Of a DNA stretch of 64,000 nucleotides, positions 29,380 to 40,278 are shown one piece after another. Under the pieces are notes generated by a model. The model saw only the letters and a program-made list of their open reading frames with translations, was not told the DNA's origin and made no database searches. How positions within the stretch are numbered: position 1 is the stretch's first letter; every line of letters starts with the position of its first letter. The stretch comes from Myxococcales bacterium. GTDB lineage: Bacteria; Myxococcota; UBA727; JABDBI01. The DNA is taken from NCBI GenBank assembly GCA_023898405.1, contig CP060221.1:2322481-2386480 (forward strand), given 5' to 3'. The translations under genes and the position numbers were made by a program.

Positions 29380-29655
29380 TGGTGTACCTCTTTAATGCGC
29401 CTGGATAGCAAGCTTAGAAAAATTTTGAACAAAATTTTTTCTGCGCCCAACTAGTTTATCTAAAAGTGTTCAAAAAAAGTATCAAAGCAGAGTTATAAGA
29501 ATAAAAGCTAGGCTTGCATTCCTGGTAAAAAAGCTTGAATTATCCCGTAGAATCAGGCTTTTTAACTGTTTATAAAATGAAATCTTTTAAGATGGTTTGC
29601 TTATTTTTAAACTCAAAATTTTGTATTTTATTAAGCAAAACATAATCCTAACAGA

Positions 29656-30267
29656 TTATTTTTCATCAAGATCTTGGTTGCATATTTTTTTCCAAATATT
29701 TTTTATCTTTAAATAGAGATCGTCTTTGGTTCCGCTATTATCAATAATTTCGTCAGCCTTCATTATTTTTTCTGAATTAGGCATTTGTCTTTCCAAGCGT
29801 CTTTTTGCTTCTTCATAACTAATATCGTCACGCACCATAGCTCTTTTAATCATTTTTTGCTGGGGAGCCGTTATGAGAATTATTTTATCGAAATGCAACT
29901 CAAGATTTTTTTCAAAAAGCAGGGGAGCCATGTAGACTACCACGCTTTCTTTGTGAGCTTTATGTTTTTTAAGTTCTTCAAGAAACAATTGGTGAACAGC
30001 CGGGTGTACAATCGCTTCTAATTTTTCGAGCTGCTCTTGGTCGTTAAACACAATAGAGGCGAGCGCTTTGCGATTGAGGGATAAATTGGCGTTGAGTATG
30101 TTGGGTCCAAATGTACTTACGATTTTCTTTAGGCACATAGAGCCAGGAGAACATACGCTGCGTGCAAGCTCGTCAGCATCAATTACCGGCACGTGTGCTT
30201 TGATCAGAAACTCGGCAACCGTACTTTTCCCGCTGGCAAAGCTACCGGTGAGACCGATAATCATCAT
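29656..30267 (-). CDS. coaE: Dephospho-CoA kinase.
   Basis: P-loop IIGLTGSFASGKST. The ORF-track TTG start is 19 codons upstream; start moved to MMIIGLTG, which has an AGGAA RBS. Confidence 0.8.
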   Translation of the reverse strand: MMIIGLTGSFASGKSTVAEFLIKAHVPVIDADELARSVCSPGSMCLKKIVSTFGPNILNANLSLNRKALASIVFNDQEQLEKLEAIVHPAVHQLFLEELKKHKAHKESVVVYMAPLLFEKNLELHFDKIILITAPQQKMIKRAMVRDDISYEEAKRRLERQMPNSEKIMKADEIIDNSGTKDDLYLKIKNIWKKICNQDLDEK

Positions 30268-30572
30268 GTGAATGTTCCTCAAAAATATTGCTGCCGCTAT
30301 GGCATCGATTATTGCAAGCCGCAAAGTCTAACTAAGCTAAGTAATTTGTAAAGATGCGATAAAAAGTAAAACCATTGATAGTGTAATTGTGGCTGCCATC
30401 CATTCAGAGAGATGCATCAAACTCAATTGGTGTGGTTGATTGATAAGATCTACTTTTGAATGATTTGTGCTTCTATTTGATGAGATTATATTTATTTTTT
30501 AATATTATGTGATTAAAATGTTACAATTGTGGAATCATATTGCTTTTTTTGTCTCTTGATTGGGTTAAGTTG

Positions 30573-31979
30573 ATGTTAAATTTGCTCAGGTTTAGCTGTT
30601 TTGTTTTTGCTGTATGCTTGTTATTTGTTTTGGCATGTTCGTCAGAGGAAAATAATAAAAATTTAACACCAAAAAATAGAGTAAATAGCGAGCAATATTC
30701 GAATTTTAATGAAACAAAATCTAAGGCAAAAAAAGAACTTGCAGCTTATAAGTCTGAATATAGTAAAATAGATTCATTGATTAATGATAAATATAGCGGT
30801 TTTAATAATCATTACCGTATCTCTAAGGGGGAAAACAGCTTTTTTACTCGATTAGATTATAAACAGGTGCAATTTTATGCTGATCTTTCTGACTTAATTT
30901 ACGTTAAAAAATATAAAGAATTTGATGATGTTGTTAGAGAGTTAGAGTTGAAATTAAAAGATGATAACTACAAAGAATATGAATTGTTGAGCACACTGGA
31001 AAGAAATTTTGGAAAAAATTCCAAAGAACTGTCAGCAATTTTTCTTTACAATGAATCAATAAACCACCTCATCGTTGTGTTTAAGGGGACAGTTACGATG
31101 GCGGATTGGTTAAAAAATATTTCCTTTAAAAACTATAGTGGTTTAGATCCAAGTGAGTCACTCAAAGCTATCGATGGGTCAAGTCTGAATATCCATGAAG
31201 GCTTTGCCCGCGCATATATTGAGGGGCTTAGTTCGGCATTCCTATACAAGTTTGATGATTTTTTTATAAATCGTTATACCGTTCCCGCTGATAGTACGTT
31301 GCCACTTCGAATAACTACTACGGGACATTCATTAGGAGGAGCATTGGCTCTTATTTTGGCGAACGATTTACCCAGACTTTTAATTGGTGTTGGGAAATTT
31401 TTTGATGATTCCCAAGTGTTGATCGAAACCATAACTTTTGGTGCTCCTCGAGTCTATGATGCTCAATCGTCAAGAATAGTAGAACAAGCTTTAGCTGGGG
31501 CCCACAATATTATTCGTATAGTAAATGAAGGAGACCCTGTTCCTGATATGCCGAGCAAAACTCTGCTTGGGGGAGCAGACATTGGAACCCCAATCTACAT
31601 ACCATATTCAGGCTTTGTCAAAAATCCTTTGCAGCATATGATGGGTAAATATGCCAAAGAATCTGCTCATGTTTTTAAAAAAATCAAGCAAGATGCGCTT
31701 AAAGCTCGTGAAGTCAAGGACAAAATAATTGAGCTAAAAGCTGAATTAGGTGACAAAAGTGAAAATTTATTTGATAAAGTCGACGAAAGAGAAAAATTAA
31801 AGATGTTATTAGATAAAAATAAATCAAGGCTCATGCTTACGAGAAGAGTTTTAAAAATGGTAAGAGATGAACACTTTCATCTTCCGCTATCCGATTTGAA
31901 AGAATTTGAAAGAGAAGAAAAACTCTTAATTGAAAACAATAAAAAATTATTAAGTGAATTAGGGCGCTTATCGAACTAG
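30573..31979 (+). CDS. Class-3 (fungal-type) lipase lipoprotein with a C-terminal coiled-coil tail.
   Basis: Lipobox LAC|S. Nucleophile elbow GHSLGGALA. The C-terminal ~100 aa are charged and heptad-like. Confidence 0.7.
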   Translation: MLNLLRFSCFVFAVCLLFVLACSSEENNKNLTPKNRVNSEQYSNFNETKSKAKKELAAYKSEYSKIDSLINDKYSGFNNHYRISKGENSFFTRLDYKQVQFYADLSDLIYVKKYKEFDDVVRELELKLKDDNYKEYELLSTLERNFGKNSKELSAIFLYNESINHLIVVFKGTVTMADWLKNISFKNYSGLDPSESLKAIDGSSLNIHEGFARAYIEGLSSAFLYKFDDFFINRYTVPADSTLPLRITTTGHSLGGALALILANDLPRLLIGVGKFFDDSQVLIETITFGAPRVYDAQSSRIVEQALAGAHNIIRIVNEGDPVPDMPSKTLLGGADIGTPIYIPYSGFVKNPLQHMMGKYAKESAHVFKKIKQDALKAREVKDKIIELKAELGDKSENLFDKVDEREKLKMLLDKNKSRLMLTRRVLKMVRDEHFHLPLSDLKEFEREEKLLIENNKKLLSELGRLSN

Positions 31980-32150
31980 TTCTCATGTTTGAGTAAACTA
32001 AGAAACTTTTTTGTGGGTTTTAGAAACCATTGAAATTTAGATATCGTGCAACTGGGTTCCAGCTAAAAACCTGATGACTTTTAAACGCCAAAGCAGATCT
32101 AGTTAGTTTTTAACTGTGTTCAAAATAGTCTCTAATAGATGTGAATAGCG

Positions 32151-33653
32151 ATGAGTGTGATAGCTTTTCTTTTTGATAGCATCACACATAAAATGAATGC
32201 ACGAGTTAAAAGTACCTGCATTGTCATTTTCACGAGTGAAACTTATGTTGCCAGGCGTACTTCATTAAATGAGGAGCGCTTAGTGAACAGCCGTTCGCGA
32301 AAAATTATTGATGCACTGTGGCGGTTATTTATTTCTCTAAAGCTTACCTTTGTATTGCTTGTGTTCATTTCTTTAGGCGCAGTGCTTGGCATGTTTTTTG
32401 ATCAAACCATAAGTTATGAAGAGTTTTATCAGAATCATTCAGCTACAGGTTTTACATCATGGTTTTTAAGTTTTTTTGAACTTTACGATACCTTTCATTC
32501 ATGGTGGTTTTCTTGCGCTTTATTGTTGCTGGCAGCGAACTTAATTGCTTGCTCTATAGAACGGCTGCCTAGAATTTATTTTGATGCAATAAGGCCCAGA
32601 CCATTTCTTACTGATAGGCGTTTAAGCGGACTAAAGCTCAAAGCTCATTTGCAGTTTTCCTCACTGAGTGAAGCACAGGCACGTGTGCGCTCTTTTCATA
32701 AGTCTCTGAAGCAGCCTATCGGCACCATTAACGGCAGTGAATTTTATTTTTTTGATTCCAAAGTGGTAGGACGTTTTGGGGTTTACATTGTTCACATCGC
32801 TTTGTTAATAATCATGTTTTCGTCAATTTATGCCACTCAAAATGGGGTTGATGGACATGTTTTGATCGAAGAAGGCAAAAAAACTCGCTTTATCACGGCT
32901 AAAGGTGCGGGTGGTGTAAGCTATACGCACGATTTAGGTTTTTATATTGGCTGTAATGATTTTCGCCTGCAAACTTTTGTTGATAATAGCCCCATGGAAT
33001 ATGAATCTGATTTATTTATTGATAATGAAGATTTAGATCGAGTTATTCAAAAAACTGTAAGGGTAAATGAGCCACTGAGTTTTCAGGGCTACACATTTTA
33101 TCAATCAAGTTTTAAACCGATAGTATCTGAAAAAAAAGTCGAGATAGAAGTTGCCGATCAACATCATTACAAAAAGCGAGTAAATCTGCGTTTGGGTGAG
33201 GCCCTGAGCTTGCCCAATGGTGATAAAATAATCCCTGAAAAAATTTATGAGGATTTTGCTGGTCTCGGTCAAGCACTACGGCTGCAGCAGAAAAGTCCTG
33301 ACGATAGTGCAACTTATTTTCATATTTTTAGACGCTATCCTGATTTTGATCGCGTGGTTCGCAATGATATATATTTTGTCAATTTCTTGGGAGCAGATCA
33401 GCAGTACGCAACGGGGTTGAGCATTGGCAATGTGCCAGGCATTGCTCTTATCTTTGGTGGTTTTGTGATTTTATTGCTTGGTCTTTATTTGTGTTTTTTT
33501 GTAAGCCCAGTGCGATTTTTTGCACGTATAGATGCAAAAGATTCGGGATACCAGGTGATAGTAGCCGCTCAAGGATTTAGGCACCTAACAGCTGTAGAAG
33601 AAGATTATCTAAAACGGATCAAAACTTTGAATAAGGGTAAACAATATGGATAG
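32151..33653 (+). CDS. ccs1: Cytochrome c biogenesis protein ResB/Ccs1 (System II).
   Basis: N-terminal TM. Large periplasmic domain. C-terminal TM. Immediately upstream of and overlapping ccsA. Confidence 0.65.
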   Translation: MSVIAFLFDSITHKMNARVKSTCIVIFTSETYVARRTSLNEERLVNSRSRKIIDALWRLFISLKLTFVLLVFISLGAVLGMFFDQTISYEEFYQNHSATGFTSWFLSFFELYDTFHSWWFSCALLLLAANLIACSIERLPRIYFDAIRPRPFLTDRRLSGLKLKAHLQFSSLSEAQARVRSFHKSLKQPIGTINGSEFYFFDSKVVGRFGVYIVHIALLIIMFSSIYATQNGVDGHVLIEEGKKTRFITAKGAGGVSYTHDLGFYIGCNDFRLQTFVDNSPMEYESDLFIDNEDLDRVIQKTVRVNEPLSFQGYTFYQSSFKPIVSEKKVEIEVADQHHYKKRVNLRLGEALSLPNGDKIIPEKIYEDFAGLGQALRLQQKSPDDSATYFHIFRRYPDFDRVVRNDIYFVNFLGADQQYATGLSIGNVPGIALIFGGFVILLLGLYLCFFVSPVRFFARIDAKDSGYQVIVAAQGFRHLTAVEEDYLKRIKTLNKGKQYG

Positions 33654-35040
33654 CACCACTTTGTATAATCTTTCTACTGGTGGTTATGTAGCAAGCCTTG
33701 CGCTTTTTGCTGTGCACCTCGTAAAAGCTCGGAAATTAATTATAAAAACTGGCCTCATAGTAGTTGCCTGTTCATTTTTAATTCAGACAGGTGGAATGTT
33801 GCTACGCTGGATTGAGGCTGGCCACCTTGAAGTTAATGCTACAGAGCTTGCTATTGGGCAAAAATTAAGTGGTTGGTCGTGGTTTGTGGTTTTTACCCAG
33901 CATCCGCCGTGGTCGAATCTTTATGAAATCATGATCTATATGAGCTGGGGCATCGTGATGGTGACTTTGTTTGCAGAGATCAAATGGCAGTTTGCTTGGT
34001 TGCGTCAGACAGGAATTATTTTGGCCCTAATGACACTTGGTATCGCAGCGCTTACCGATGCCTCTATCAAACCCTTAGTTCCTGCCTTGAAAAGCTGGTG
34101 GATAATGATCCATGTGATTTCCGCATCGGTAGCTTATGCTGCAGGCTCTATTGCAGCATTTATCAGTCTGTTTGCTCTTATGAAAGATGAAAAGCGTGTG
34201 CCTCGCAAAAAGTTTGCAGCTTTTAGCATGCTGCTCATGGCTGTGCTTTTGTTTTGTTTGGGTGGAGGAGGGCATCTTTTAACAGAGCAGTCTTATTTCG
34301 TAAAACTTCTGGCTCATGCAGGCGACAGCATCGTCAATGTTTTTGACTTGGCAAATAATTCTGCTGCCTATTTAACACCTATGCCAAACGCTGGCTGGTT
34401 AATTATTTTTGCTGTGCTTGTTCATGTCTTTGGTGCAGCGTCTTTATTGCTATCACCCTCCAAAAAACAAGTTAATTCAATTTTTTTATTAAGCCTCTTG
34501 AGCACTGTTGCCGTGTTTGGAAACATGATTTTTCATGACATGCGTCGCACCACTATTGTTTTAGAAGATTCGCTCTCTCATCATTTATCACCAGCCGGCC
34601 CATGGTTTATCAGTTTTAAATCTCATGTGTGGAGTTTTTCATTATTAGTGTTGGTGTTGTTGTTGGAATGCTTTATTGCCTATTTTTTGCTGTACAGTGA
34701 AAAAATTACCAATAAATTGGCGGCGGTAGAAAAGCTTGAGGGTGCAGCATACAAAGCGATTTCGCTGTCGTTTTTTCTCATGTCGATCGTTTTGATTACC
34801 GGAGCATTGTGGGCACATTACGCTTGGGGCCGATACTGGGCATGGGATCCCAAGGAGACGGGGGCCTTAGCAATTTGGCTTATTTATGCTATCTATTTGC
34901 ATGCACGCAGAACTGCCGGGCTTTTTGGCCCTTTTAGTTCAGTTCTGGGGGTTTTAGGTTTTTTTGTCATTATCATTGGATTTTTGGGGGTAAACTTAGG
35001 TTTATTTTCCGATGGACTTCACACCTATGGCAATGGTTAA
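33646..35040 (+). CDS. ccsA: Cytochrome c-type biogenesis protein CcsA/ResC (System II heme handling).
   Basis: Polytopic membrane protein. Contains the Trp-rich WAWDPKE motif and conserved His residues. Confidence 0.8.
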   Translation: MDSTTLYNLSTGGYVASLALFAVHLVKARKLIIKTGLIVVACSFLIQTGGMLLRWIEAGHLEVNATELAIGQKLSGWSWFVVFTQHPPWSNLYEIMIYMSWGIVMVTLFAEIKWQFAWLRQTGIILALMTLGIAALTDASIKPLVPALKSWWIMIHVISASVAYAAGSIAAFISLFALMKDEKRVPRKKFAAFSMLLMAVLLFCLGGGGHLLTEQSYFVKLLAHAGDSIVNVFDLANNSAAYLTPMPNAGWLIIFAVLVHVFGAASLLLSPSKKQVNSIFLLSLLSTVAVFGNMIFHDMRRTTIVLEDSLSHHLSPAGPWFISFKSHVWSFSLLVLVLLLECFIAYFLLYSEKITNKLAAVEKLEGAAYKAISLSFFLMSIVLITGALWAHYAWGRYWAWDPKETGALAIWLIYAIYLHARRTAGLFGPFSSVLGVLGFFVIIIGFLGVNLGLFSDGLHTYGNG

Positions 35041-35081
35041 TATTGTGAGATTTTTCAAAGGTATAAATTATTTTTGAGGCA

Positions 35082-35687
35082 TTGATGGAAATTAAAGTTT
35101 TAGACAGTCATTTTTTGTATTCGGTGCCTAAACTTGCGATAATGCGTGAATTGGGGGGCGAGATAGCTTTCATCGGACGTTCCAATTCAGGAAAATCTTC
35201 CTTGATTAATGCTGTGTGTCAAAAGAAAGATTTGGCCAGAACATCAAAATTGCCAGGGCGCACACGCCATGCGGTGGTATATCAAATGGTGATGAGCGAT
35301 GACACTCAACAAAAAAATATTACTTTGGTAGATCTGCCAGGATTTGGTTTTGCCAGCATGTCCAAAAAGGAAGCTCAAGAGTGTGAAGATTTAATTTTTT
35401 CCTACTTGGAAAAACGCCATTCTCTAAAGCAAATTTTTTTACTGTTGGATATTCGCCGAGATCCGGATGAGCGAGAGAAACATATTGTAAAAATTGCTAA
35501 AAATAGAGGAATTGATTTGTTTTTTATCCTGACCAAGTGCGACAAAGTCTCGCTTTCAGCTCGCAAGCCCATTGTAAAAAAACTTGTTGAAACTCTGGAA
35601 CTTGATTCCGATAGAGTTTTTCTTCATTCCACTCATGACGAAAAATATAAGCACGTTTTACAGACTAAGATTTTTGAATCTTTTTAG
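35082..35687 (+). CDS. engB: Ribosome biogenesis GTPase EngB/YihA.
   Basis: G1 GRSNSGKSSLIN, G3 DLPGFG, G4 TKCDK. Confidence 0.75.
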   Translation: MMEIKVLDSHFLYSVPKLAIMRELGGEIAFIGRSNSGKSSLINAVCQKKDLARTSKLPGRTRHAVVYQMVMSDDTQQKNITLVDLPGFGFASMSKKEAQECEDLIFSYLEKRHSLKQIFLLLDIRRDPDEREKHIVKIAKNRGIDLFFILTKCDKVSLSARKPIVKKLVETLELDSDRVFLHSTHDEKYKHVLQTKIFESF

Positions 35688-35696
35688 GTCCGTCGG

Positions 35697-36668
35697 ATGA
35701 AAAATTTATTTGTATTAATATTTTTATTTTTTGTTTTTTCCTGTGCGCACATTCCTAAAATAAGTGAGAAAAAATTTAGTGAGCTTGAAAGAAATGACAT
35801 CTATGCTGTCATGGCTAAAGAAATAGAAAAAATAAATGGAAAAAATTTAAAAGAATGCAATTGTATGAAGGCTTTTTATCGTGATTTTTATGAAAAGCCT
35901 GATAAAAGTGCTCGCTATCTTTTTGATAAAAAAATAGTGGAGCATGTGCTCAAAAAAACCGCGCATAAAAGCACTGTAGATATTTTGGCCTTTGGTTCAG
36001 GGCAGTTGTTGAGCGAACTTGCGGTTTTTGCCAATCTCATTAAAGAGGGAAAGAATTTAAATATTTATCTCTATGATTATGTCTACCTTTTTTATGGAGA
36101 AGAAAATTATAAAACCAAGGCTTTGGACTTAGCCAAAAATCCAGAAAAAATTCCCGATGGCTGGAAGAATTATTTGTTGGATCATATTGTTTGGGATTAC
36201 ATAAAAAAACACCCTCGCACTTTTAGCAAGATGTTTGATGAAGTGCATGCTGCTATTGATGAATTCAAAGGGGTGATTGCTGCTCTTAGCGCAAAGTACC
36301 AGACTAAAACAAAGGTTCACATATTGAAAAAGCCACAAGATGGTAAGCTCGAGCTACCTTATCTTGATAGCATTATCGCCATCGACGCATACACGACTAT
36401 ACCCAACCTCGTGTGGAATTTTGAGTACAATCTTTCACCATTAAAGGCTCCTGCTCAATTTATGGCGCTCAACAAAATCTCTCCTCAAGGAGTTTTCTAT
36501 GAGCCTGTATCCAATGAACCAGTGAACATATCCGTATACGATATAGTCCACAGCACTACGGGGAATTATCGTTTAAGTTTGATAGAGGAACAGAGAATAA
36601 AACCAACGCAAGCGCAAGAGGCAAAAGTGCCAGAAAAGGATTATGTTCGAAACATCTTTGGGAATTGA
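35697..36668 (+). CDS. Hypothetical lipoprotein.
   Basis: Lipobox VFSC|A. No recognisable domain. Confidence 0.4.
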   Translation: MKNLFVLIFLFFVFSCAHIPKISEKKFSELERNDIYAVMAKEIEKINGKNLKECNCMKAFYRDFYEKPDKSARYLFDKKIVEHVLKKTAHKSTVDILAFGSGQLLSELAVFANLIKEGKNLNIYLYDYVYLFYGEENYKTKALDLAKNPEKIPDGWKNYLLDHIVWDYIKKHPRTFSKMFDEVHAAIDEFKGVIAALSAKYQTKTKVHILKKPQDGKLELPYLDSIIAIDAYTTIPNLVWNFEYNLSPLKAPAQFMALNKISPQGVFYEPVSNEPVNISVYDIVHSTTGNYRLSLIEEQRIKPTQAQEAKVPEKDYVRNIFGN

Positions 36669-36701
36669 AAAACTCACATTTTTTGCAAACCAAAGGCTCG
36701 A

Positions 36702-36736
36702 TAAAAAAAAGACCCAGGAGTATGGGTCTTTCCTTT
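36702..36736. terminator. Bidirectional rho-independent terminator between convergent genes, including rpsT.
   Basis: A8 run, then hairpin AGACCC-aggagtat-GGGTCT, then T-rich run. This yields a T-tract on both strands. Confidence 0.6.
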
Positions 36737-36758
36737 ATTGTCTTTAATAAACTCTCAG

Positions 36759-37025
36759 TTATGCGGCGCAGGCATTAGCTTGACGCATCAAACGAGAAGT
36801 TCTTCGTGCTGCTGCCTTTTTATGCAAAATACCTTTGCGTACAGCAACTGCCAAGCTACTGACGGCTTTTTGAATTTCGCCTTCATTTACTTTAGCTGTT
36901 TTGTTGGAAATTTCTTGACGAGCTTTTTTGAGTTGTGTTGCAAGCGCAGCTCGTGCGGAACGGTTACGTGCATTCCTCTTTAGGGATTGCCTATGTCTTT
37001 TTAATGCTGATGCGTGGTTCGCCAT
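36759..37025 (-). CDS. rpsT: 30S ribosomal protein S20.
   Basis: 88 aa, basic. MANHASALKRHRQS... is typical of S20. Confidence 0.85.
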   Translation of the reverse strand: MANHASALKRHRQSLKRNARNRSARAALATQLKKARQEISNKTAKVNEGEIQKAVSSLAVAVRKGILHKKAAARRTSRLMRQANACAA

Positions 37026-37168
37026 ATAAAACCTTTTCGCTCTTTGATAGAGCCTAAAAAAATCGAATCGGAATCTTCAATAACGAAAAATAAATATTTG
37101 TCAAAGGAGCTAGCATTAGAATTTCTTTGGAAAAACCTGAAAAAAACAGGCTTAACTACGCAAGAGTA

Positions 37169-37948
37169 TTATGGGAATTGGTAGCGTGTTTTCATGATAA
37201 ATCGAGATTTTTTTTTGTAATGATGCATTTCATCACCAGGTAACACCAAGATTTTTTTATCTTTTTGATCGATAAAATAGGGTTCGATAGGAAAAAGCGG
37301 TGAATCAATATAAGAAATAAATTCCTCAATATTTTTAGAAGAGTTCATTCTTTCTAAGACGGATCGGGTAGGGGGAGCAAGGAAGAGCTTATGCTGTTCA
37401 TAGCTGTTGAGCGCTTCATTGGGAGAGAGCCAAAGGGGGTTTTTAGTCTCACCTTGGCAATGAGCACTTTGTTCTTGAGGTAAGAGCGCAAGAAAAAAAT
37501 TAGTATCAAAACGTCTGCTTTCACCTGAGGGCGTAATCCACCATGAAATGGGCCAAATATGATCAAGTCTAGCTTGGTAAGGAACCTCAATATTGCTCAG
37601 AAGATCTTTAAGCTCATAGGGTTTAAGAAAAAAATCCTGACCATTGAGTGTGGCTTTAGCCACACTGATTGCGGATTCTTCAAGGGTTTCTCTCATAGCG
37701 CAGGCTAGATGTTCCAAAACTGGGTGCTGAGCGGGGAAAAATTGTGCGATGCGATCTAAGCCATCCTTATCGCTTTCTAGCCAACGAGCTAATTTTTGGT
37801 CATTTTTATCCAAACGACCACCTGGGAAAACGTAGGCCCCTGGTAAAAAGGCTGATCGCTCATTTCTTTTTAGTAGAAGGATTTTATGTGGCCAATCCGT
37901 GGTTATGCTACAGCAGACGAGTGTTGAGGCTGGTTTGGGAGTTTGCAT
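37169..37948 (-). CDS. Nudix-like hydrolase with a degenerate Nudix box.
   Basis: MRETLEESAI resembles REUXEEXGU, but the upstream Gx5E portion is imperfect. Confidence 0.35.
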   Translation of the reverse strand: MQTPKPASTLVCCSITTDWPHKILLLKRNERSAFLPGAYVFPGGRLDKNDQKLARWLESDKDGLDRIAQFFPAQHPVLEHLACAMRETLEESAISVAKATLNGQDFFLKPYELKDLLSNIEVPYQARLDHIWPISWWITPSGESRRFDTNFFLALLPQEQSAHCQGETKNPLWLSPNEALNSYEQHKLFLAPPTRSVLERMNSSKNIEEFISYIDSPLFPIEPYFIDQKDKKILVLPGDEMHHYKKKSRFIMKTRYQFP

Positions 37949-38100
37949 GAATGTGTCCTATTTCTTAAAAAAGTAAGCTATTGATGGGGGACCTTATTTG
38001 CAAGTATTGAACAATGCGGCACATTTCGAAAATGTTTCTTAATAATTTAGATTTATTGCCGCTTTTATTTGTTTGATATCAAGAGGTTTGTGGCAGAAAA

Positions 38101-40278
38101 ATGTTGAAACTTAGTGATATTTTAGATCTCGTGAAAACCTATCATCCGCAGCCCGATTTGGATCTGATTCGCAAGGCTTATGTTTGTTCTGCCAAATATC
38201 ATGAAGGACAAGTGAGAAAAAGCGGAGAGCCTTATTTATCACATCCTTTAGAGGTAGCTAAGATTTTAGCTGAACTTAAGCTCGATGAAGCGAGTATTTG
38301 TACAGGTTTGCTCCACGATACAGTAGAGGATACCGCTGCGACTCAGGATGAAATCGAGGAAGTTTTTGGCCATGATATTGCCTATTTGGTGGATGGTGTT
38401 ACTAAACTTTCCCAGATAAAATTCTATAGCAGTGAAGAAAAGCAGGCCGAGAACTTTCGTAAAATGCTTGTGGCCATGTCTCGCGATATCCGCGTATTGT
38501 TGGTGAAGTTAGCAGATCGCCTTCATAATATGCGTACGCTGCAATACATGATCCCTGAAAAGCAAGAAAGGATCGCAACAGAAACCATTGAAATATATGC
38601 TCCGCTTGCTAACCGTTTAGGGATCGCATGGCTTAAAGCAGAGCTTGAGGATTTAAGTTTTAAATACATCAAGCCTTGGGATTATAGAAATTTAAGAGAA
38701 AAGATCGGTAAGACAAAAAATGAGCGAGCCCGTTTCATAGAGGATGTCTCAAGAGAACTTGAAAAGACGCTCAATGATGCAGGAATGAAAAATTTTGAAG
38801 TGGAAGGGCGCCCGAAACATTTATGGTCTGTTTTTAGAAAAATGAGTGATAAGGGCCTGTCGTTCGATGAAATACATGATCTGATCGCATTTAGAGTGGT
38901 GGTGGAGACTTTAGGGCAATGCTACGAAGCATTGGGTCATATTCATGCTCAGTGGCGACCAATCCCCGGGCGTTTCAAAGATTATATAGCTATGCCCAAG
39001 CCCAATGGGTATCGTTCACTTCATACGACATTGGTAGGCCCCAAGGGCGAGCGTATTGAAGTACAGATTCGTACAAGACGTATGCATGAAGTGGCTGAGT
39101 CGGGTATTGCTGCTCATTGGAAGTATAAGGCTCATGGCGGTGGAGTCCCATTGACCGTGGACGAAGCCTCAGAAAAAAACTTCCAATGGCTTCGTCAGCT
39201 GATGAATTGGCAAAAGGATCTCACCGATCCTAATGAGTTTCTTGAATCGGTAAAAGTAGATTTATTTTCAGAAGAAGTTTATGTTTTTACGCCGCGAGGG
39301 GATGTTATTGAGCTTCCTCGTGGAGCGACTCCGGTTGATATGGCTTTTGCTATTCACTCAGCAGTAGGAATGCAGTGTATTGGTGCAAAGGTAAACAATC
39401 GCATAGTGCCATTGCGATATGTGTTAGAAAATGGTGATAGCTGCGAAATCATCACGCAAAAAAATCAACGGCCCAAAAAAGATTGGCTTGAGTTTGTAAA
39501 GACCTCTCGTGCACGTACAAAAATCAGAGCTGTGATGCGGCAGCTTGAGCGTGATCGCAGTAAGGAGATCGGTCGTGAATTGCTTGAGCGTGAACTGAGG
39601 CGTTACGGCACCAGTATCCAGCGTGAGCTGAAGTCTGGCGCATTAGACAGAGCAGTAAAAAATAAACGCTGCGCAAATTTTGATGAAGCCTTGGCACTTG
39701 TTGGTTATGGCAAGCTAGAAGCTAAAGCATTTGCAGAAGAGTGTATTCCCGAAGAAGAAAAACGTGAAATTTTACCAGAGCAGAAACGCTCTCGTATAAG
39801 CCAGCTATTTGATAAGTTAGCGCGCAGAGGTTCTGGGGGTATCAGAGTTGAGGGAGTTGATGACGTTTTAGTTCATTATGCGCGATGCTGTAGTCCTGTT
39901 AAAGGTGATCCTGTAATAGGTTTTGTTACGAGAGGACGCGGGGTAAGCATTCACAGACGCAATTGTCCTAAGATCATGGAACTCGATGCTGATCGTAAAA
40001 TTAGTGTGAGTTGGGTGAGTGACTCGGAATTGGTGCGCCCGATTTCTATAACTGTTTTAAGTGATGACCGAGAAGGAATGCTCACAGATTTATCTGCAGT
40101 GTTTGCACGCATGAATATAAATATTTCGGAGGCTAAGTGTAGAGGCTTGGGAGATGGGCAAGCCATTAATACCTTTAAGTGCGGAGTACATGATCTTGCT
40201 CAACTCAATCTGGTTATGCGTAAGCTGGGTTCACTCAAGGGGGTTCACAGAGTAGAAAGATCCTCGAGCAATGAATAG
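38101..40278 (+). CDS. spoT: Bifunctional (p)ppGpp synthetase/hydrolase (Rel/SpoT).
   Basis: HD hydrolase motif (HPLEVA...HDTVEDT), synthetase domain, TGS and C-terminal ACT region. 725 aa. Confidence 0.85.
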   Translation: MLKLSDILDLVKTYHPQPDLDLIRKAYVCSAKYHEGQVRKSGEPYLSHPLEVAKILAELKLDEASICTGLLHDTVEDTAATQDEIEEVFGHDIAYLVDGVTKLSQIKFYSSEEKQAENFRKMLVAMSRDIRVLLVKLADRLHNMRTLQYMIPEKQERIATETIEIYAPLANRLGIAWLKAELEDLSFKYIKPWDYRNLREKIGKTKNERARFIEDVSRELEKTLNDAGMKNFEVEGRPKHLWSVFRKMSDKGLSFDEIHDLIAFRVVVETLGQCYEALGHIHAQWRPIPGRFKDYIAMPKPNGYRSLHTTLVGPKGERIEVQIRTRRMHEVAESGIAAHWKYKAHGGGVPLTVDEASEKNFQWLRQLMNWQKDLTDPNEFLESVKVDLFSEEVYVFTPRGDVIELPRGATPVDMAFAIHSAVGMQCIGAKVNNRIVPLRYVLENGDSCEIITQKNQRPKKDWLEFVKTSRARTKIRAVMRQLERDRSKEIGRELLERELRRYGTSIQRELKSGALDRAVKNKRCANFDEALALVGYGKLEAKAFAEECIPEEEKREILPEQKRSRISQLFDKLARRGSGGIRVEGVDDVLVHYARCCSPVKGDPVIGFVTRGRGVSIHRRNCPKIMELDADRKISVSWVSDSELVRPISITVLSDDREGMLTDLSAVFARMNINISEAKCRGLGDGQAINTFKCGVHDLAQLNLVMRKLGSLKGVHRVERSSSNE

